The position numbers and the translations under genes were made by a program. A stretch of DNA of 63,234 nt, the filler included, from Octopus bimaculoides (lineage: Eukaryota): assembly GCF_001194135.2 (NCBI RefSeq). It is 6 parts of 5 records of this genome, joined end to end, with 100 filler letters (N's around TTAATTAATTAA, not from the genome) between each part and the next. Parts side by side here need not be neighbours in the genome. Positions count along the whole stretch, not along the records: positions 55,081 to 56,745 come from NW_026352442.1; positions 56,846 to 60,843 come from NC_068991.1; positions 60,944 to 63,234 come from NC_068984.1; 3 more parts are not named here. One strand, 5' to 3'. This document shows, piece after piece, positions 55,205-63,234 of the stretch. The notes beneath the pieces were generated by a model that searched no databases, had not been told where the DNA came from, and saw only the letters and a program-made list of their open reading frames with translations. Positions within the stretch are counted from its first letter, which is position 1; every line of letters starts with the position of its first letter.

Positions 55205-56700
55205 GTGTGTGTGTGTATGTATATAGCATTGTCACAAGTTCAAATCATTGAACAAAAATGTAGTGTGTTCATTAGAAAGTGGCTAGGCTTACCTCAGATG
55301 TTGAACAGTTCAGCTCTTTATCGTAAAAGAGGCTCATTGCAGTTACTAGCGTCAACAGTCAAAATTTATAAACTAGGGAAGGTACAAGTGGTGATAATGC
55401 TGAGAGAATCGAAGGACATGGAAATCAGGCAGAATCCACCAGATGTGAAAACAGCCAGGAAGTGGAAAGCAGAAGCAGAGACTGATGACATTCTGTCTTC
55501 TCTTACACACCAAGATATGGTGAGTATAATGCAAATTCATTGGAAAGGATTTGGTTTTGGCGCAGATCAGTTCAGGCTGTTTGCAGGTATTATGTAGAGG
55601 AAACACTGATCTATTGTTAGCAACAACATCAAAACAAAGGAAGCAGAGAGAAGAGAACTTCATTTGATCCAATGCACTTAACAAGGACAGATGACGAGAT
55701 AGGAGGAACATGCTGTTGAGAAGAAAATAAGTTGGAATCGGATATGGAGGTGGACCACATCTTAGCTAAGTTTTCTGATTCATTCATCCTATGGTGTCTT
55801 GCCATTACCTGCAAATCTAGTAAGATGGAACATCTCAGAGAATGATATATGCAAATACAGAAAGGTCGGAACACTGAAACATATTCTTTCCAACTGTTCA
55901 CTAGCATTGAATAGGTATACATGGAGACACAACCTGGTCCTTAAGGTTATCTTCAATGCTATAAAGAACCAAATTGATCTCAACAACAGTGAAAAAAAAA
56001 CTGTTGGAAGTACCAACTAGAGATTTCATTACCTTCATGCACTCAGGGCAGCAGATCCATTTCCAAAAGAAGAAGAAACTTCCTGTGAGTGACGAAAAGT
56101 GGAATGGCTATTGGGAGGTGGCTGCAGATTTACCAGGGTGCCATGTAATCTTTCCTGTCCCAGTTACAAAAAGACTGGACATTTTAATGTGGTGTGAAAG
56201 AACGAAAGTTGTGAATCTATTCGAGTTAACAGTTCCTTATGAAGATAACATGGATGCTGCTTGGGCTCAAAAGATCGACCGTTATGTAAACCTCCTTGAG
56301 GAATGTTAAGATGCAAGCTGGAAAGCAGAGTATTTTCCAATTGAAGTCAGAGGTAGAGGATTTGTTGGACACAGTGTGACGTTACTGTTGTTATCGTTAG
56401 GCCTAACTCATCGTAAAGGAAATACCACCCTAACTGATATCCAAACTACAGTGGAAAAGGCTAACCACTGGATTTGGTTAAAAAGAGGCAATGAGTGATG
56501 GCTAAAAGAATATTGAGCTTTATTTGATAACCAGTTGATCTAGCAAGCAGGGCCTCATATCAGTGAGGGTGGTGGTGGTGCACAATGATGCCTTCGAGAG
56601 GTAGGCCCCGAAACAGCACACATTCTCTCCTGATGACGCCATACACTTGCTGGCTTCTGGTATGCAGAGCTTTCGACTGGTAGCACTTACCTGTCCAAGT
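55205..56700 (+). mobile_element. HERO-like (restriction-like endonuclease) non-LTR retrotransposon, 3' part
   Basis: IRKWLGLP..SALY..LQL; KTARKWKA; YGVLPLPANLVRW..C..GTLKHILSNC..RYTWRHN.VL; LDILMW..ELTVPYED; FPIEV.GRGF; EKANHWIWLKR. Confidence 0.8.
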
Positions 56701-57012
56701 TGTTTGTAAAGCATTTATATGTATGTATAAATATATATATATATANNNNNNNNNNNNNNNNNNNNNNNNNNNNNNNNNNNNNNNNNNNNTTAATTAATTA
56801 ANNNNNNNNNNNNNNNNNNNNNNNNNNNNNNNNNNNNNNNNNNNNGGGCCGAAACTGCCCCTGGGGGTCAATTCCTGCCCTTGAAAATACACACAAATGA
56901 AGCCTAGGTGCTTCGCAACAAAATTATTAAAAAATTCCAACAAAAAGTGGACAGTAAAAGGTCAAATAAACGTTTACCTTCGCAGCCGATGTGACAGCAC
57001 GTCCGTGAGAAG

Positions 57013-57064
<52 letters not shown>

Positions 57065-57558
57065 CTGTGAGTGCGTATGAATGAGTTCATCTTAGAAAAA
57101 TATGGCAAATATCACTTTCGTTTTCTTTTATAATTTCTTAACATTAAATTTTTACTCCATGTCGAAGTTATGTTGTTGTTGTTGCTGTTTAACGTGTTTG
57201 GAATTGTGCGCATGCGTGTTAAATGTATGCATTCATGCATTTTTTTAAGCTTCTGCTCTGGTGAGTAAAACAAATTTTTTTTTTATATCTGCACCACCGT
57301 AGTAAACACACGCATGGATGTATGTGTGAGTGCGTATACGTGTATATATAATATATATAACTGTGTGTGTGTGTGTGTGTGTGTGGGTTTATCCAGAGGT
57401 ACCAATATTTTGAAAATATCCAGTAAAAAAAAAGTTAAGAGTTTAAAGTATGACTGATTTTATACCTCTTCATATATGTCCACTGACACAGGGATTAGGG
57501 ATTCATCCGTGCATGTGCATACACAGCACTCATATACATGGGGTTAGGTTTTCTTGCC

Positions 57559-57606
<48 letters not shown>

Positions 57607-58203
57607 NNNNNNNNNNNNNNNNNNNNNNNNNNNNNNNNNNNNNNNNNNNNNNNNNNNNNNNNNNNNNNNNNNNNNNNNNNNNNNNNNNNNNNNNNNNNNN
57701 NNNNNNNNNNNNNNNNNNNNNNNNNNNNNNNNNNNNNNNNNNNNNNNNNNNNNNNNNNNNNNNNNNNNNNNNNNNNNNNNNNNNNNNNNNNNNNNNNNNN
57801 NNNNNNNNNNNNNNNNNNNNNNNNNNNNNNNNNNNNNNNNNNNNNNNNNNNNNNNNNNNNNNNNNNNNNNNNNNNNNNNNNNNNNNNNNNNNNNNNNNNN
57901 NNNNNNNNNNNNNNNNNNNNNNNNNNNNNNNNNNNNNNNNNNNNNNNNNNNNNNNNNNNNNNNNNNNNNNNNNNNNNNNNNNNNNNNNNNNNNNNNNNNN
58001 NNNNNNNTGCATTTCTTTTCATCTTTATCTCATTTCTTCTCCTCCGCCTTCTGACACAACAAAAGGAATCGTGTGTATGTGTATTAGTGTGTGTGTGTGT
58101 GTGTGTGTGTTCATGTATTCTTCATTCGTTCGCATGTAAATTGCCTGAAGACCGTGCCCACTCTCGGGCGAAACTCAGAGTAGCATGAGATTGACTCGAC
58201 CAA

Positions 58204-58258
<55 letters not shown>

Positions 58259-58953
58259 ATGTATATGCGTGTGAGTGTGTGTGTGTGTGTGTGTGTTTGT
58301 GTGTGTGTGTATGTATATAGGCGCGCACGTGTGTTTGAGTGTGTGTATGTATGCGTGTATATATTTATGTATGGGATGTCGGAGATGTCTTACATGTTTT
58401 TCTGCATGTATACGTATGTAGCTCCTGACAGTAAGGAAAAATAAGTAATATATGTGGATTAAATAATAAAAGCGTTTTTCCAGTTTGCTGTTTTAATGTG
58501 TGTGTGTGTAGTTACTGACCCATACACGTAGTAGTATTGGCGATGTCTATAAAACTGACAATGAAGAGAGGCTATACTTGAAGATTCATTCATATCAAAA
58601 TTAATTCAGTTAACCGGTTTCATAATTACATGATTTTTGAAAAGTCTAAGTTTTGCGGAACGTGGAGTGGTGGCAACTTACATCACTTCGGAAGCGAAAC
58701 TGTCTGCCACAAGGGCTCGACGAACCTCAAAACTTATATATTTGAAAAGGTGAAACCGGCTAAGTTTATTAATTTTAATAGGAGGAAATCTTCATATCGT
58801 TGCTATTATGCAAAAGTGTCGTAAGTCCAAAACGTTGTTTTTCAGAAAACGATAAAATAGTTTCATTATTCCATAGCAAAACCGTTGTACTACACATAGC
58901 CAATTTTTGATATCTTGGCATCTGAATCAGCTGGGGATACGATAGACTGACCA

Positions 58954-58999
58954 AAAGACAAATATCCGTCAAATGTAAATGATGTAAATAAAGACAAAT
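58954..58999 (+). mobile_element. Micro-insertion of the PLE-tail sequence flanked by a 10-bp direct repeat
   Basis: aaagacaaat-atccgtcaaatgtaaatgatgtaaat-aaagacaaat. The core matches 62059-62093. Confidence 0.7.
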
Positions 59000-59084
59000 C
59001 ATTATTATGAATTTCTAATTAGAATGCATTGTGTTTATGCAATCAACTCTCATGCATCGCGGATTCTCCTGTTGTATCCGACAG

Positions 59085-59358
59085 GTGAGTTCTTCAGAAT
59101 CTCTTACTGAGCAGGTTGCACTGATGGTTTGCTTATCGTGAACAAATGTTTGAGCTGTACACTAGATCATTCCCTCCATCAAATTAACACTGCATGACGG
59201 GGTGCACATCGCGCTGCACATCAAATATCAAAGTGATTGCAGAGCAACGTGAGACGAAGTATTTTGCTCAAGAGACATAACGCACCGCCCGGTCTGGGAA
59301 TCGAAACCACGACCTCAAGATCGTTAGTGCAACATCCTAAACACTAGGCCACGTACCT
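59085..59358 (-). mobile_element. SINE family D (tRNA head, ..ttgagcaa.. domain)
   Basis: Minus strand: aggtacgtggcctagtgtttaggatgttgcac..gtggtttcgattcccagaccgggcggtgcgttatgtctcttgagcaaaatacttc. Confidence 0.75.
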
Positions 59359-59371
59359 TTGTACATACACC

Positions 59372-59765
59372 GTGGCACTCCGTCGGTTACGACGACGAGG
59401 GTTCCAGTGGATCCGATTAACGGAACAGCCTGCTCATGAAATTAACGTGCAAGTGGCTGAGTACCCCACAGACACGTGTAATCTTAACGTAGTTCTCGTG
59501 AAGATTCAGCGTGACACAGAGTGTGACCAGGCTGGCCCATTTGAAATACAGGTACAACAGAAACAGTAAGGAAGAGTGAAAGAAAGTGAAAATGAAAGTG
59601 AAAGAAAGAATACAGCAGGGTTCTGCTACCATCCCCTGCATGAACTTTGTGGAGCTTTAGATGTTTTCGCTCAATAAACACTCACAACGCCCGGTATGGG
59701 AATCGGAAACATGATCCTATGATCGCAAGTCCGCTGCCTTAAACACTGGGCCATTGTGCCTCCAC
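59372..59765 (-). mobile_element. SINE family C, full length
   Basis: Head gtggaggcacaatggcccagtg.. at 59765, tail ..cctcgtcgtcgtaaccgacggagtgccac at 59372. Homologous to 28924 and 62198. Confidence 0.9.
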
Positions 59766-60302
59766 CGTACAAACATACATACATACATACATAGCATCTA
59801 TGGCATAGAAAAACGCTAAAATATGGTTGATACTAAGCGAACACTAAAAAGATATAATAATTTGAGTAGCACCTGAATTCTGGAGACAAAAGATTGTTTT
59901 GGTCTTCGCAGAAATAAAGGCAGAAATTGAATTATTTCGACAGAATTTCTATTTCTCTTTGTCTCAACCTATCTGATGTTCCTTACTTAAATTAAGTCGT
60001 GCAAGTACAAATCTCTGAGGAGAAGGCTGTTTTTTTTTTGTTTTTTGTTTTTACTTTTTATTTTCATTTTTACACTTGCTTTTTTCTTCCTGACATGAAA
60101 ATATGACCGCACTAGACAATCAACACGCGCACACACACCGCATACACCGCCTACACACATTCACGTATATGTATAGTGGAAGGACAGTAAACATTCAGAA
60201 CAACACAGGGAAGAACTACGTTTGACATTTGGTATTTGTTTAACACTTCAATGTAGAAAAAGTGTTTCTCCACGTTTCGGACTTTAGTCTTTCATCCCTC
60301 AG

Positions 60303-60344
<42 letters not shown>

Positions 60345-60425
60345 GCACACACACACATATCAACGCACGCACGTTGCACGTACACACACACAAACACACG
60401 CTCGCACACTCACATAAATATAAAG

Positions 60426-60800
60426 GGGCAGGAGTGGCTGTGCGGTAAGAAGCTTGCTTACCAGCCACATCGTTCCGGGTTCAGTCCCACTGCATGGCAC
60501 CTTGGGCAAGTGTCTTCTGCTATAACCTCAGCTCGACCAAAGCCTTGTGAGTGGATTTGCTAGACAGAAACTGAAAGAAGCCCGTTATACATGTGTTTGT
60601 GCACGTGTTTGTCCCCGCACCATGACTTGGCAATTGATGTTGGTGTGTTTACGTCACCGTAACCTAGCAGTTCGGCAAATGATACCGATTGAATGAGTGG
60701 TAGGCTTAGAAAGAAGTCTTAGTGTCGGTTTGTTCGACTAAAGGCGGTGCTCCAGCATGGCCGCAGTCAAATGACCGAGACAAGTAAAAGAATAAAAGAA
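60426..60800 (+). mobile_element. SINE family A, full length
   Basis: Collinear with 5166-5537, ending aaatgaccgagacaagtaaaagaataaaag. Confidence 0.9.
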
Positions 60801-61124
60801 AATATACATATATACACACATGTATATATATATATATATATATNNNNNNNNNNNNNNNNNNNNNNNNNNNNNNNNNNNNNNNNNNNNTTAATTAATTAAN
60901 NNNNNNNNNNNNNNNNNNNNNNNNNNNNNNNNNNNNNNNNNNNATATATATATATATATATATATACATTGTCAAAGGATTATTAACATAACATGATCTA
61001 AATATGTACTCTATGAGGTTGATAAGACATATATTGTCCTGAAGTCCTCTACATAACAATATGTGTGGTCTTTGTTTGATGTGTGTGTGTGCTTGATGTG
61101 CGTGTGTTCATACATACGTACACA

Positions 61125-61597
61125 TACGTGTAGTAGAAAGTTTGCTTTTCCTCCACAACATTCCAAATTGAGTCCCAACGCGTGGCACCTTGTGCTAGTG
61201 TTTTTCTACTATAGCCGCGGGGGCCACCAAAGCCTTGTGAGTGGATTTGGTAGACGGAAACTGAATGAAGCTCATGATTACGTGAACACCTGAAGGAAAT
61301 AGTGAAACCACACGCACACACACGCATACACACACTTACATATATGTGCGAGTGCGTGTGTGTGTGTGCTTGCATGCGTGTGTGTCTTCCTGTCTGTTTT
61401 GTTATCCGCAACCGCTTGACAACCGGTGTTGGTGTGTTCATCTTCCCGTAACCTAGAGGTTCGGAAAAAAAGACTGATAGAATAAGTTCCAGGCTTTACA
61501 AAAAAAAAACATAAGTCCTGGGGATCGATTCGCTTGACTAAAATTCTTCAAGGTGGTGCTCCAGTATGGCCGTTGTCTAATTATTGAAACAAATAAA
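61125..61597 (+). mobile_element. SINE family A, diverged
   Basis: gcgtggcaccttgtgc..ccaaagccttgtgagtggatttggtagacggaaactg..accgcttgacaaccggtg..ggtgctccagtatggcc. Confidence 0.85.
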
Positions 61598-61803
61598 TAA
61601 TCCTTTCTACTAACGGCTTGAAATTTCGGGGAGGAGTTAAGTCGATTATATCGACCTCAGTACTTAACTGGTATTTAATTTATCGACCCCAAAAGAATGA
61701 AAGGTAAACTCGACCTCGGCGGAGCTTGAACTTAGAACGTAAAGACAGACTTATTTACATTATTTACATTTGACGGATATTTGTCCTCATCTTGTTTGTT
61801 GTT

Positions 61804-61849
61804 AACACAACGTTTCGGCTGATATACCCTCCAGCCTTCGTCAGGTGTC
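61804..61849 (-). ncRNA. Minimal (dimer-type) type I hammerhead ribozyme
   Basis: GACAC-CUGACGA-A-GGCUG-gagggUAUAU-CAGCC-GAAA-C-GU-U-GUGUU. Stem I is 5 bp, stem II 5 bp, and stem III is a loopless palindromic ACGU. Predicted cut at 61809/61808. Confidence 0.65.
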
Positions 61850-61939
61850 TTGGGGAAATTTCGAACCTGGATTCTCATTCCTAACGATGTTACTATTATT
61901 ATATTATTATTATTATTATTATTACTATTATTAATCATG

Positions 61940-62010
61940 TCGCTGCCGTGAATCGAACTCGGAACTTTGGGGTTAGTAGCCCGCGCTCTTAACCACTACG
62001 CCATATGCCC
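61940..62010 (-). promoter_or_regulatory. tRNA-derived Pol III internal promoter (A and B boxes)
   Basis: A box TGGCGTAGTGG (62003-61993) and B box GAGTTCGATTC (61960-61950). Confidence 0.75.
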
Positions 62011-62197
62011 GTACGGGTATATCAGCCGAAACGTTGTGTTAACAACAAATAAGATGAGGACAAATATCCGTCAAATGTAAATAATGTAAATAATGTTAAT
62101 AATTCCTCATCTCTTAAATATAGAACTGTAGTAAAGACAGACGAAATATCACTAAGCATTTCGCCCGGCATGCTAACGATTCTGCCAGATATATATC

Positions 62198-62252
62198 ATG
62201 GCACTCCGTCGGTTACGACGACGAGGGTTCGATTTGATCAGATCAACAGAAC
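62198..62252 (-). mobile_element. SINE family C 3' tail fragment
   Basis: tggcactccgtcggttacgacgacgagggttc matches the 59372 end. Confidence 0.8.
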
Positions 62253-62790
62253 ATTTTTATGTGCTAAGTGTACGGAACATTTCAGCTAACTAAGTATTGT
62301 TTATGGATAAATTTGGTATAGACCTTATACACGTTCATATGTCTTTCACTTTCTCTTCTCTTTCACTTTAAAACAAAAGTAAATAAATAAAGAATTTACG
62401 GAAATTAACGGATAAAACCAGCTGATACGGATGACAGTTCTGAGAGTCAAAGCGAAAAATTGCCCCAAGGGAATACCATTACAAATATTTTTCGAGTGCT
62501 TTCAACGTATCTCAGTTCCAAAGATTTGGCTGCTATTTTTAGCACACCCTGCTACCAGGTAATAGCTACTTGCGATAAAGGACCCGAAATACCTGTTAAG
62601 TGGTAGCAGGGCGTGCAAGAAATAGTAGCCTTTCTCCTTTTCTTGGGGAAGGAGCCGTTTACGCGTGATTTCGATGTCACATTCGTTGAAAGCACAGGAA
62701 ATAACCTGGAAAAAAACCTCCATGAAACAAAACTCTGTTTCTGGGAAACTCAAACTTTCCAGGTGACCCAACGGGTCACGGGTAGTTTAG

Positions 62791-62826
<36 letters not shown>

Positions 62827-62828
<2 letters not shown>

Positions 62829-63070
62829 GTATTTTTTATAAGCTTAAAGCTTATAGCGATGACTAAGGAAAATAGTCTAATAATAGGGCATATAAGCCCT
62901 CGAGAGAAAAAAGTAGGCTTTCCTGTACGCGACTAAGTGTGTTACCGATTACACCAGCGAACCAGCCTGCTCCTTTCTCTCAACAGGTTTATATGCCTCA
63001 TTATTAGACTATTTTCCTTTGTCATTTGCACGGTGATCGATATAAGCTTTAAGCTTATAAAAAAATACCA
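62827..63070. mobile_element. MITE-like element with ~80-95-bp imperfect terminal inverted repeats
   Basis: tggtattttttataagcttaaagcttata..gactaaggaaaatagtctaataat pairs with attattagactattttcctttgtc..tataagctttaagcttataaaaaaatacca. Confidence 0.75.
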
Positions 63071-63234
63071 TTATTATTATTTGCAGAATTGCAGAAGTCG
63101 ACACCGCTTAACAAAACCATTCGCATCTCTTTCCTTTCCCGAGCGTCCAGTAACACAATCTGTATCACGTCTTCACGTTGTTGTTTTTTGTCTTTTTCCT
63201 TTTTTTGAGCCTATATATATATATATATATATAT

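Larger units (their letters stand above)
61751..62130 (-). mobile_element. tRNA-headed SINE-like element with PLE-type hammerhead tail plus an inverted terminal copy
   Basis: Minus strand: tRNA-like head 62010-61940, (TAA)n, tail containing an HHR. The plus-strand 62015-62093 segment is a 78/79-nt inverted copy of 61751-61829, extended to 62130. A 12-bp direct repeat flanks the insertion. Confidence 0.8.
61600..62190 (-). mobile_element. SINE family B copy split by the 61751-62130 insertion
   Basis: The halves rejoin as agaacgtaaagacagac|gaaatatcactaagc, and GTAAAGACAGAC is duplicated at 61739-61750 and 62131-62142. Confidence 0.85.

Noticed and set aside
56590-56645. Type II hammerhead in the HERO-like 3' UTR (ccGAAAc...CTGATGA)
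   Set aside because: Core words are present, but stems I and III and a UH site cannot be built in the required geometry.
61940-62010. Functional tRNA gene
   Set aside because: Acceptor and anticodon stems pair poorly and the sequence runs into a (TAA)n spacer and an element tail, so it is a SINE head.

Overview
AT-rich, microsatellite-dense, gap-riddled animal DNA with no recognisable host protein-coding exon. The repeat families and (TA)n/(CA)n load suggest a cephalopod (Octopus-like) draft scaffold; this is an inference. Identifiable content is almost all mobile DNA: at least four tRNA-derived SINE families, three mariner remnants, LINE relics (CR1-like RT, RTE endonuclease, three Dong/R4-like copies, one HERO-like copy), several Penelope-like element (PLE) relics and foldback/MITE-like elements. 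The most striking signal is a set of hammerhead-ribozyme (HHR) motifs tied to PLE sequence. One HHR has an intact core and lies downstream of a GIY-YIG domain (3456-3540). A tRNA-headed, SINE-like element carries a PLE-type tail with a minimal, dimer-type HHR; it is inserted with an inverted terminal copy and a 12-bp target duplication (61751-62130). There is also a ~525-bp minisatellite with a 162-bp higher-order repeat built from overlapping STAT-, HSE- and kB-like palindromes (4419-4942). Five N44-TTAATTAATTAA-N44 blocks are artificial scaffold linkers, so contiguity across them is uncertain. All alignments and translations were done by eye; no database search was run.
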